Assembly: GCA_044222065.1 (NCBI GenBank)
Contig: JBGAOA010000084.1
Span: 1 to 15,781, forward strand
Reading direction: 5' to 3'
Length of the DNA: 15,781 bases
Source: Candidatus Eiseniibacteriota bacterium
Lineage (GTDB): Bacteria > Eisenbacteria > RBG-16-71-46
Of the stretch, positions 7,981 through 15,781 are shown piece after piece; the stretch's first letter is position 1, and the number at the start of each line of letters is the position of its first letter. The notes beneath the pieces are model-generated. The model saw only the letters and a list, made by a program, of their open reading frames with translations, searched no databases and was not told the origin of the DNA. The position numbers and the translations under genes were made by a program.

Positions 7981-8571
7981 TCAGGAACCGGTGATCGTGA
8001 AGCGCGACAGCTCGAAGATCTCCTGGTCCGGAAGCCGCCGGCCGAGCAGTGCAAGTCGCACGATTCCGTCGCGGTCGAGCAGCACGAAGCCGCTCGTGAT
8101 CGTTCGCCGATCGGAGTCGTAGAGCCCGAACGTCGCGGACACTTCGCACGTCTCGTCGGCGAGCACGAGGAACGGAATCTTCTCCTTCCCCGACCACGCA
8201 CGCAGGAAGTACGTCTTCTCGTGCGTGACGCCCACGACCTGCATTCCGATTTCGCGGCTCTCGCTCACGATCTTCCCGAGTCCGGCGAGTTCTTCCTTGC
8301 GCGAGCCGAACACGAGCAGCACCCAGTCACCGCGGAGCCGCGAGAGTCGCGTCGTGCGCCCGTCCGAGCCGTCGAGTTCGAAGTCGGGAGCGCGCTCGCC
8401 GATCACGACCTCGCCGCCGATCTCGGAGCGGAACGTCGGGGAGCGCGCGCCGTCGGCCTGCGGCGCGGACGGGGCGCGGGGCGCGGGCTTCTTCGCGTCC
8501 GTGTCGGTCTGCGCGAGCGCGAGCGAGGGAGCGAGGAGCACGGCCGAAAGCAGCACGGGGACGAGTCTCAT
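7981..8571 (-). CDS. Exported redoxin/peroxiredoxin-fold (BCP/AhpC-like) protein lacking the peroxidatic Cys motif
   Basis: GGAGGT RBS before ATG 8571. Signal peptide ending SLALA|QT, then IGERAPDFELDGSDGRTTRLSRLRGDWVLLVF, IPFLVLAD...VSATFGL and FVLLDRDGIVR. Confidence 0.85.
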   Translation of the reverse strand: MRLVPVLLSAVLLAPSLALAQTDTDAKKPAPRAPSAPQADGARSPTFRSEIGGEVVIGERAPDFELDGSDGRTTRLSRLRGDWVLLVFGSRKEELAGLGKIVSESREIGMQVVGVTHEKTYFLRAWSGKEKIPFLVLADETCEVSATFGLYDSDRRTITSGFVLLDRDGIVRLALLGRRLPDQEIFELSRFTITGS

Positions 8572-8621
8572 GGTGGCACCTCCCGGTAGTGGTGCACTCG
8601 GAGCGCTCGTATTCGAGGGAG

Positions 8622-9632
8622 CTAGCCTTCGCGCTCCGACAGGACGGTAGCAGAGACGGCGTCCTTGATCGCGCGCAAATGTCCGGCCGGGGTCGCCGGC
8701 GGAATCGAGCACCCCGGGGCCACGAGCCAGTGCCGGCCCCCGGTCTGAGCGAGCGCTCGCTCGTACTCGGAAACCGCCGCGTCCGGTCGGTTTTGCCGCA
8801 ACGCGTCGTCGTGCGAGATACCGCCCATGAGCGCGCCCCGCAGGACCGGCCGCGCGTCCGCGAACGACGGATTCACGGGGTCGGTGGCGGCCCACGAGAA
8901 CGCGTGCACCGGGTAGTCGGCGAGGTGCAGGACGAGATTGCGGCGCTTGCACACGTGCAGGACGTTGAAGGCCGCGTCCTTCGCCTCGGCGAGAATGCGC
9001 AGGTCGTACGGCCGCGACCACTCGTCGAATTCGGCCGCGCTCACGAGATCGCGCGAGGCCCAGTCCACGGTCGCGAAGTACAGGCCGTCGGCGCCGGCGG
9101 CGAGCAGCGCGCGCACGAACGGCACGTACGTGCGCGTCACCGCCTCGAGCGCGCCGCGCACGGCGTTCGGCTGGCGGCGCATGTGCAGCCGGAGTTCGCC
9201 CGGCTCCTCGACCATCTCGCCGAGGACGGCGAGCGGCGTGAACACGGTCGCGAGCAGCGGCACGTCGGGATCGAGTTCGCGCCGCACCATCGCGACGCAC
9301 TCGACCTGCTCGGCGAACGCGCCGCGATCGTGCGGACGCTCCGTGATCGCGAGCCAGTCCTCGGCCTGGTGCACCGGCCACTGCTCGAGCACCGGCTTGT
9401 CGGTCGCGCGTCCCGTGTAGCGGTAGCTCACGCCCCAAGGTTCGACGTGGTACTGCTTCCGCGGGTTGAGCTTCACCCAGTCCCAGTCGTATTCGTGCTG
9501 GAACTCGAGCGTCGCGGCGGCGAGGTCTTCGGCCGAGGACTCGCGGTGATAGAAATGACCCCAGAACGACACGGGCGGCCGGTCCAGCGGTGCGCCGGAG
9601 AGGGCGGCGAGGACGCGCTCACGATGATTCAT
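8622..9632 (-). CDS. Uroporphyrinogen decarboxylase / MtaA-CmuA superfamily protein (not true HemE)
   Basis: RERVLAAL.G..LDRPPVSFW, ATVFTPL, GADGLYF, LHVC, GGI and APGCSIP. Lacks the HemE WxMRQAGRY signature. Confidence 0.85.
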   Translation of the reverse strand: MNHRERVLAALSGAPLDRPPVSFWGHFYHRESSAEDLAAATLEFQHEYDWDWVKLNPRKQYHVEPWGVSYRYTGRATDKPVLEQWPVHQAEDWLAITERPHDRGAFAEQVECVAMVRRELDPDVPLLATVFTPLAVLGEMVEEPGELRLHMRRQPNAVRGALEAVTRTYVPFVRALLAAGADGLYFATVDWASRDLVSAAEFDEWSRPYDLRILAEAKDAAFNVLHVCKRRNLVLHLADYPVHAFSWAATDPVNPSFADARPVLRGALMGGISHDDALRQNRPDAAVSEYERALAQTGGRHWLVAPGCSIPPATPAGHLRAIKDAVSATVLSEREG

Positions 9633-9674
9633 GGCGAGGGACGGGGGCTCCTTCGAAGCCTGAGGGACGATGCG

Positions 9675-10285
9675 ATGCGGCGCGTGCGCGAAACTCTAGT
9701 CGCCCGCCCGCCGCGCGACAAAGTCACGTCTCTCGCACGCCGGGCGGCCCGCCTCGCGCTCGCCGGAGCGCTGTTCGCGTGCGGATGCGGACGCCGCGAG
9801 GCGCGTGCGCCGCAGGAGGCGCCGCGCGAGCCGTTCGCGATCCCGGTGAGCGTGCTCGCCGACAGCGCCGCGACGACGCCGCTCGCCGAGCGTCGCCCCC
9901 CAGTGCGCGTGTGGGTCGAGCGCGTCGCGCCCGCGCTCCGCGCCACTCCCGGAGTCGCCGGCCGCCGCGCCCGAGACGCTCGCGCTCGAACTGCCGCCGC
10001 CATGGCTCGAGATCGATCCGACGCTCAAGCCGCCGATCCCGCGCGGCGATCTCGTCGTGCGCCTGACCGCGCGCGGCGCCCGGCCTTCGTCGAGCTCGAC
10101 GTGCGCGTGACGAAGCGGGCGACGTGAGCGATGCCGTGTGGTCGGGCGGCAGCGCGGACTCCGCGCTCGTCCGCTCCGCGACGGACGCGGCGCTCGCGCT
10201 GCGCTTCCATCCCGCGCTGCAGGCCGGCCGGCCCGTCGCCGTGTGGTGCCGCCAGCGCTTCGACTTCGCGCCCCGGGAGCGCTGA
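9675..10285 (+). pseudogene. TonB C-terminal-domain lipoprotein-like gene split by three frameshifts (pseudogene or assembly errors)
   Basis: Four segments join into one plausible protein: LALAGALFACGCGRRE (lipobox-like), SAPLPESPAAAPETLALELPPPWLEIDPTLKPPIP (Pro-rich), AFVELDVRV, then DEAGDVSDAVWSGGSADSALVRSATDAALALRFHPALQAGRPVAVWCRQRFDF to TGA 10283-10285. The last two match a TonB_C pattern. The start codon is uncertain. Confidence 0.7.
9693..9721 (-). promoter_or_regulatory. Candidate sigma70-type promoter for the UROD-like/redoxin genes
   Basis: TTGTCG(9721-9716)-N17-TAGAGT(9698-9693). Confidence 0.4.
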
Positions 10286-10292
10286 GCCGGCG

Positions 10293-11636
10293 TCAGTCGG
10301 GCGCCGGGTCCCCCGCGTGTCGCAGCCCGCGGTCGGCCGCGAGCGCGACGCTCGTGAGCGCGAGCACGACGCCCGAGAACACGAACACGTTGCGCGCGCT
10401 CCACGCGGCGGCGAGCCCGCCCGCGATCGCGTTCCCGAGCGGGAACGTGCCGAGCGCCACCATGCGGCGCGCCGCGAGCACGCGGCCCTGCATCTCGGCC
10501 GGCGTAAGGATCTGCCAGATCGCGAGCGAGTGCGAGACGACGAACGGCACGGCGCCCTCGGTGAGCGCGACGAACAGCGTCGCCATCCACACCGTGCTCG
10601 ACAGCCCGAGCCCGATCTGGAACGCGCCCATGAGCCCGAGGCCCGCGAGCACGACGGTCGCGCGCCGCCGCTTCACGCCGCCCCACACGCCCATCGCGAC
10701 GCCGCCGAGCACGCCGCCGAGGCCGCCGATGGAATTGACGAGCGCGAGCGTCGCCTCGAAGCCGAGCCCGTGGCGCGCGGCGTCGGCCGCAAGGTCGAAC
10801 TTCGCGAGCAGCGGCATCAGGACGCTGACGAACGCGAACGTGAAGTTCGCGGCCGCGAGCAGGACGACGAACAGCACGAGTTCGCGGCGGCCGAAGACGA
10901 AGCGCAGCCCTTCGGCGAGTTCGGCGGCCACGTGCGAGCGCCCCGCGGCGCGCGGGCTCGGCGGCAGCGGCAGACGCAGCAGCACGAGCGCCGCGAGCGC
11001 GAACGTGACGACGTCCACGAGGATCGCGAGCCCCGTGCCGCCGCCGACGCTCGCGGCGAGCGCGGGAAACGCGCGCGCCGGGAACGCGATCAGCAGCGCG
11101 GCGAGGCCGGGCGAGAGCACGCCCGCGAGCGCGTACGTCGAGCCCATCATCGCGTTCGCGCGCTGCAGCTGGTCCGTGCGCACGAGCTGGATGTACGCCG
11201 TGTCGAAGGCGGCCTGGTGCACCGCGCCCGTGAAGCCGTACACGGCCATGAGCGCGAGCAGCACGGGCAGCGTGAGGTGCCCGCTCGCCATGAGGCCCGC
11301 GAGCACGAGCGTCTCGATCGCGGCCGCGACGTTCGCGACGAGCATCAGGGTCCGGCGCTCGTGACGGTCGGCCCACACGCCGGCGAGCGGCTGGCCGAGC
11401 ACGAGTGGCAGCGCGTACGCGAGACCGTTCGCGCCGAGCGCCGAGGCGAGCAGCGCCTTCTGCCCGGGCGCCGGGAACAGGCCCTGGGCGAGCCACACGT
11501 TCACGGCGAAGAACGTCACCTGCGAGCCGACCATCGAGGCCGACTGCGTGAGCCACAGGACGAGAAAGGTGCGAAAACCGTCCGCAGGCGGAGGGGCGAG
11601 GGACGCGGGGGGCGGCGCCGGGGGCGCGTCGCTCAA
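10293..11636 (-). CDS. MFS transporter (DHA3 / macrolide-efflux-like)
   Basis: About 12 hydrophobic segments with FLVLWLTQSASMVGSQV, AGVWADRHERR (motif A), QLQRANA, EGLRFVF and PAEMQGRV. Start placed at TTG 11636, which overlaps the GNAT stop (TTGA). GTG 11654 is the alternative. Confidence 0.9.
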   Translation of the reverse strand: MSDAPPAPPPASLAPPPADGFRTFLVLWLTQSASMVGSQVTFFAVNVWLAQGLFPAPGQKALLASALGANGLAYALPLVLGQPLAGVWADRHERRTLMLVANVAAAIETLVLAGLMASGHLTLPVLLALMAVYGFTGAVHQAAFDTAYIQLVRTDQLQRANAMMGSTYALAGVLSPGLAALLIAFPARAFPALAASVGGGTGLAILVDVVTFALAALVLLRLPLPPSPRAAGRSHVAAELAEGLRFVFGRRELVLFVVLLAAANFTFAFVSVLMPLLAKFDLAADAARHGLGFEATLALVNSIGGLGGVLGGVAMGVWGGVKRRRATVVLAGLGLMGAFQIGLGLSSTVWMATLFVALTEGAVPFVVSHSLAIWQILTPAEMQGRVLAARRMVALGTFPLGNAIAGGLAAAWSARNVFVFSGVVLALTSVALAADRGLRHAGDPAPD

Positions 11637-12547
11637 GGCAGTGCGCGCTCCCACAGGCTGCGAGTTCGTTCCACGACGAAGTCCTCCGAACGGTAGAGCC
11701 CGAGCGCGCTCTCGTTCTCGCCGTCCACCATCAGCGCGACCTTCGCGAAGCCCCGTTCGGACAGGTCGCGAACGCCCCAGCGCAGCAGCGCCCGGCCGAG
11801 CCCGATGCCGCGCGCGGACCGCGTCACGCCGAGCGTCCCGATGTAGCCCATGTCGCCGATCGCCTCGTTGCGGCAGAAGCCGACGACGCGGCCGTCGCGA
11901 TAGGCGAGCATCAGGTCACGCCGCTCGAAGTCCGGCGCCTTCGTCAGCTCGCGCGCGAGGTCGAGCGTCGAGCGGACGAACCGGTGGTGCTCCGCGAACG
12001 AGTCGTTGTAGATCGCGTTCCAGTCGGCGAGCGCCGATTCGCCGCCGTCGAACTCCCGCGCCGTGACGCCCGGAGGCCACGACACGGCGAGCGTCCGGTC
12101 CGGCAGCCGCATCATGCGCCAGTAGTAGCGGCCGTGACGGAAGCCGAGCTTCGCGACGAATCCCTCGGCCTCGGGACTCGGGAGGTACGCGCCGACGACC
12201 TGCTCGCGCGGACGCTCGGCCTGCGGGAGTTCGCGCTGGCGGCTCGTGACGTGCTCGACGAGCCGCGTGCCGAGCCCGCGCCGGCGATGGTCGCCCCGGA
12301 CGCCGACCTGCACGAACGCCCACGGGGACTCGGCGCCTCCGAGCAGCACGGAGAATCCGAAGCCCACGGGTTCCCCGCTCGATTCGGCGACGACGCCGCC
12401 CGCGAGGTGGAAGTGAGGATCGGCGAATCGGTGGGCGAGGCGGCCTTCGGGGACGAGATCGTCGAACGCCTCCCGCAGGGAAGCGTCGCGCACGAGCGGA
12501 CCGAGGCGCGCCGCGTCGTCCGGGGTAAGACCGCGCAGCGTGACCAT
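11633..12547 (-). CDS. Tandem-domain GNAT acetyltransferase (MshD-like architecture)
   Basis: Two acetyl-CoA-binding motifs, VRGDHRRRGLGTRL and LGVTRSARGIGLGRALL, plus VDGENESALGLYRSEDF. Confidence 0.88.
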   Translation of the reverse strand: MVTLRGLTPDDAARLGPLVRDASLREAFDDLVPEGRLAHRFADPHFHLAGGVVAESSGEPVGFGFSVLLGGAESPWAFVQVGVRGDHRRRGLGTRLVEHVTSRQRELPQAERPREQVVGAYLPSPEAEGFVAKLGFRHGRYYWRMMRLPDRTLAVSWPPGVTAREFDGGESALADWNAIYNDSFAEHHRFVRSTLDLARELTKAPDFERRDLMLAYRDGRVVGFCRNEAIGDMGYIGTLGVTRSARGIGLGRALLRWGVRDLSERGFAKVALMVDGENESALGLYRSEDFVVERTRSLWERALP

Positions 12548-12558
12548 GGTGGGCGGGC

Positions 12559-12666
12559 ACGTTAGGCGGTGGCGCGGCGCGGGTCAACGTACCGCGGCGG
12601 GATCGCGAACGCGCGCGTTCGGCGCGTGGAAACCGCGTTGACCGTACGTGACGCGCCGCGTAGCGT
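12559..12666. promoter_or_regulatory. Back-to-back sigma70-type promoters with a central 16-bp palindrome
   Basis: Minus: TTGACC(12587-12582)-N17-TAACGT(12564-12559). Plus: TTGACC(12638-12643)-N17-TAGCGT(12661-12666). Palindrome CGAACGCGCGCGTTCG at 12606-12621. Confidence 0.65.
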
Positions 12667-12673
12667 GCGGAGC

Positions 12674-13672
12674 ATGTCCTTTCCGCCCACGCTCGACGAA
12701 CGCCGCGCGCTCGTCGAGCGATTCGCCGGACGACGCGTCGGCGTGCTCGGCGACCTCATGCTCGACCGCTACCTGTGGGGGCGCGTCGAACGCATCTCGC
12801 CCGAAGCCCCGGTGCCGGTCGTCGAGATCGAACGGGAGTCGTTCACGCTCGGCGGCGCCGGGAACGTCGCGATGAACTTGCGCGCGCTCGGCGCCGATCC
12901 GCGGCTCGTCGGCGTCGTCGGTCGCGATGCGGTCGGCGACGAACTGCTCGCGGCGTTCCGCGAGCGCGGGGTGGACCCGGGCGGCATCGTCGTGGACGCC
13001 TCGCGCCCGACGACCGTGAAGACGCGGGTCATCGCGCACTCGCAACAGGTCGTGCGCTACGACCGCGAGTCGCGCGCCGACGTCGGCGGCGAGGCGCTCG
13101 AACGCGTGTTCGACGTCATGCGCCGCGAGCTTCCCGCCTGCGACGCGCTCGTCGTGAGCGACTACGGCAAGGGCGTCGTCCACCCGGAAACGCTCTCGGT
13201 CGCGCTCGGACTCGCGCGCGCGAAGGGCATCCCGGTGTGCGTGGACCCGAAGGAGAGCCACATCGACCACTACCGCGGCGTGAGCATCCTGACGCCGAAC
13301 CAGCACGAGGCGGGATGGGTGCAGGGGCGGCGGATCGTGGACGAAGCGAGCCTGCGCGAGGTCGGCCGCGGCCTCCAGCAGCGGCTCGAGGCCGAGGCCG
13401 TGCTCGTGACGCGCGGCGCGCAGGGCATGACGCTGTTCGAGCGCGGAGGCCGCGAGACGCACATCCCGACGGCGGCGCGCGAGGTGTTCGACGTCACCGG
13501 CGCGGGCGACACCGTCGTGAGCGTCGTGGCGCTGGCGCTCGCGGCCGGCGCGGACTTCAAGACGGCGTGCTTCGTCTCGAACCACGCGGCCGGCATCGTC
13601 ATCCGCGAGGTCGGCACGGCCTCGTGCTCGCCGCAGCAGCTGCTCGCGTCGCTCACGGAATCCGGCGCGTGA
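12674..13672 (+). CDS. rfaE1: D-glycero-beta-D-manno-heptose-7-phosphate kinase (RfaE domain I / HldA)
   Basis: GDLMLDRYLWG.VERISPEAPVPVV, GGAGNVA, TTVKTRV, SDYGKG, VDPK, TPNQHEA, EVFDVTGAGDTV. Confidence 0.95.
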   Translation: MSFPPTLDERRALVERFAGRRVGVLGDLMLDRYLWGRVERISPEAPVPVVEIERESFTLGGAGNVAMNLRALGADPRLVGVVGRDAVGDELLAAFRERGVDPGGIVVDASRPTTVKTRVIAHSQQVVRYDRESRADVGGEALERVFDVMRRELPACDALVVSDYGKGVVHPETLSVALGLARAKGIPVCVDPKESHIDHYRGVSILTPNQHEAGWVQGRRIVDEASLREVGRGLQQRLEAEAVLVTRGAQGMTLFERGGRETHIPTAAREVFDVTGAGDTVVSVVALALAAGADFKTACFVSNHAAGIVIREVGTASCSPQQLLASLTESGA

Positions 13673-14145
13673 GCGGCGTGCGGCTCGGCGCGGACGACCG
13701 CGCCGCGCTCGAGCGCTGGCGGGCGGCGGGCGAGACGATCGTGTTCACGAACGGCGTGTTCGACCTGCTGCACGTCGGGCACGCGGAGGACCCCGACGAG
13801 GCCGCGGCGCTCGCCGACCGGCTCGTGGTCGGCGTCAACGCGGACGACTCCGTGCGGCGGCTCAAGGGCCCCGAGCGCCCGATCCTGCCCGAGGCGGACC
13901 GGCGCGAACTCGTCGCCGCGCTCGCGTGCGTGGACCTGGCCGTGATCTTCGAGGACGACACGCCGCTCGCGCTCATCGAAGCCGTGCGGCCGGACGTGCT
14001 CGTCAAGGGCGGCGACTGGGCCGTCGAGGCGATCGTGGGGCGCGAGTTCGTCGAGTCCTACGGCGGGCGCGTGACGAACATCCGGCTGCGCGAGGGGCAC
14101 AGCACGACGCGGCTCGTCGAGCGCCTGCGCGATCCGCGCCGCTGA
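13669..14145 (+). CDS. rfaE2: D-glycero-beta-D-manno-heptose 1-phosphate adenylyltransferase (RfaE domain II / HldC)
   Basis: VFTNGVFDLLHVGH, VGVNADDSVRRLKGPERP, FEDDTP, PDVLVKGGDW, GHSTT. GTGA overlap with the kinase stop. Confidence 0.93.
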   Translation: MSGVRLGADDRAALERWRAAGETIVFTNGVFDLLHVGHAEDPDEAAALADRLVVGVNADDSVRRLKGPERPILPEADRRELVAALACVDLAVIFEDDTPLALIEAVRPDVLVKGGDWAVEAIVGREFVESYGGRVTNIRLREGHSTTRLVERLRDPRR

Positions 14146-14154
14146 GCGCCGCGC

Positions 14155-14184
14155 TTGCCGCCGCGCTCGACGCCCCGATAAGGT
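14155..14184 (+). promoter_or_regulatory. Candidate promoter for the aldehyde dehydrogenase
   Basis: TTGCCG-N18-TAAGGT upstream of a GGAG RBS and ATG 14262. Confidence 0.4.
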
Positions 14185-14261
14185 ACGCCGTCCTTTTCGA
14201 CGCGCCCGCGTGCGCGACGCCCGTTCCGCGGCGTCGTCCGGGCCGCGCGCTGGAGACCACC

Positions 14262-15743
14262 ATGGCGAATCCGTTCCTCAACTACATCGGCGGCAAATGG
14301 GTCCCGGCCCGCTCCGGGAAGACGTTCTTCAACCACAATCCCGCGACCGGCGAGCTGCTCGGCGAGTACCCCGCCTCAGAGCCCGCCGACGTCGACGACG
14401 CCGTCGCCGCCGCCGAGAAGGCCTACCAGAGCTGGCGGCTCGTGCCGGCGCCGAAGCGCGCGGAGATCGTGTACCGCGCGGGCGAGATCATCCGCGAGCG
14501 CAAGGAGGAGCTGGCCCGCGCGATGACGCGCGAGATGGGCAAGATCCTCATCGAGACGCGCGGCGACGTTCAGGAAGGCATCGACATGGCGTACCTCGCC
14601 GCGGGCGAGGGCCGCCGCATGTTCGGCGTCACGACGCCGAGCGAGATGCCGAACAAGTGGGCGATGAGCGTGCGCACGCCGATCGGCGTGTGCGGCTTCA
14701 TCACGCCGTGGAACTTCCCGTTCGCGATTCCGTCCTGGAAGATGATGCCCGCGCTCGTCGCCGGGAACACCTGCGTGTTCAAGCCCGCGGGCGACACGCC
14801 CGAGTCGGCGTGGCACTTCGTGAAGATCTTCGAGGAGGCCGGGCTGCCGCCCGGCGTGCTGAACATCGTGTTCGGTTCGGGCCGGAACGTCGGCGACCCG
14901 ATGGTCGTGCATCCGAAGATCGCCGTGATCTCGTTCACGGGTTCGACCGAAGTCGGCAACGGCATCGGCGGCAAGGCCGGCACGCTCGGCAAGCGCGTCT
15001 CGCTCGAGATGGGCGGCAAGAACGCGATCCTCGTGATGGACGACGCCGACCTGCAGCTCGCGACCGAGGCGATCACGTGGAGCGCGTTCGGCACGACCGG
15101 CCAGCGCTGCACGGCGTGCAGCCGCGTGCTCGTGCACGAGAAGGTGCACGACGAACTCGCGCAGCGCGTCTCGAAGATGGCGGCGACCTGGAAGGTCGGC
15201 GACGGCCTCGACCCGAGCGTCCACATGGGGCCGTGCGTGAACAAGGGCCAGCTCGAGACGGTGCAGAAGTACGTCGCGATCGGGAAGGCCGAGGGCACGC
15301 TCGCGACCGGCGGCTCGGCGCTCACCGAGGGCGCGCACGCGAAGGGCTTCTTCCACCAGCCGACCGTCTTCGCGAACGTGAAGGAAGACGCGCGCATCGC
15401 GGTCGAGGAGATCTTCGGCCCCGTGCTCGCGATGGTGAAGGTGCGCGACCTCGAGCACGCGGTGGCGGTGAACAATGCCTCGAGCTACGGGCTGTCGTCG
15501 TCGATCTTCACGCGCGACGTGAACCGCGCGTTCGCGGCGATGCGCGACCTCGACACGGGCATCGTGTACGTGAACCACGGCACGACCGGCGCCGAGACGC
15601 ACCTGCCGTTCGGCGGGAACCGCGGCACCGGGAACGGGCACCGCGAAGCGGGCCACACGATGCTCGATCCGTTCACCGAGTGGCGAAGCATCTACGTGGA
15701 CTTCAGCGGCAAGCTGCAGCGCGCGCAGATCGACAACAGCTAG
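14262..15743 (+). CDS. NAD(P)-dependent aldehyde dehydrogenase
   Basis: ITPWNFP, FKPA, FTGS, LEMGGKN (catalytic Glu), GQRCTA (catalytic Cys), EEIFGPV, PFGG. Start MANPFLNYIGG with GGAG RBS. Confidence 0.95.
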   Translation: MANPFLNYIGGKWVPARSGKTFFNHNPATGELLGEYPASEPADVDDAVAAAEKAYQSWRLVPAPKRAEIVYRAGEIIRERKEELARAMTREMGKILIETRGDVQEGIDMAYLAAGEGRRMFGVTTPSEMPNKWAMSVRTPIGVCGFITPWNFPFAIPSWKMMPALVAGNTCVFKPAGDTPESAWHFVKIFEEAGLPPGVLNIVFGSGRNVGDPMVVHPKIAVISFTGSTEVGNGIGGKAGTLGKRVSLEMGGKNAILVMDDADLQLATEAITWSAFGTTGQRCTACSRVLVHEKVHDELAQRVSKMAATWKVGDGLDPSVHMGPCVNKGQLETVQKYVAIGKAEGTLATGGSALTEGAHAKGFFHQPTVFANVKEDARIAVEEIFGPVLAMVKVRDLEHAVAVNNASSYGLSSSIFTRDVNRAFAAMRDLDTGIVYVNHGTTGAETHLPFGGNRGTGNGHREAGHTMLDPFTEWRSIYVDFSGKLQRAQIDNS

Positions 15744-15781
15744 GGGCGTCTCAGGGTCCGTTGGACGGCCACTCGCGCGAC

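Noticed and set aside
7218..8571. Selenocysteine-containing peroxiredoxins
   Set aside because: Both frames are open with no in-frame TGA at the active-site position.
8622..9632. hemE assignment
   Set aside because: Missing the RQAGRY signature, so only a superfamily-level call is supported.
11633..12547. mshD (mycothiol synthase) assignment
   Set aside because: Only the tandem GNAT architecture is shared. The organism appears diderm with LPS heptose genes and there is no mycothiol context.
1..15781. CRISPR arrays, tRNA/rRNA genes, IS elements or prophage
   Set aside because: No regularly spaced repeats, cloverleaf structures, transposase or integrase motifs, or compositional shift were seen by eye.

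Overview
Very GC-rich bacterial DNA. Secreted proteins carrying a FlgD-Ig/T9SS-like C-terminal domain and a 'TWGxLKxLYR' tail suggest an FCB-group lineage such as Candidatus Eisenbacteria (inference). About 15 genes, in order: a secreted protein with a T9SS-type C-terminal domain (partial, missed by the ORF track), a GT4 glycosyltransferase, an EEP/DNase I-like nuclease, a class I SAM methyltransferase, ComM/YifB, a Cys-rich secreted protein with a short C-terminal W-G-x-L-K-x-L-Y-R motif, two tandem exported peroxiredoxin-fold proteins lacking the catalytic Cys loop, a UROD/MtaA-like putative Zn enzyme, a TonB-C-like lipoprotein broken by three frameshifts, a coupled GNAT + MFS pair, split ADP-heptose kinase and adenylyltransferase genes, and an aldehyde dehydrogenase. 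I saw no RNA genes, CRISPR arrays or mobile elements. The best leads are the candidate C-terminal sorting motif, the Cys-less redoxin pair, the hidden frameshifted TonB-like gene, and a symmetric divergent promoter with a central palindrome and leaderless transcripts. All translations and motif calls were made by eye, with no database searches.
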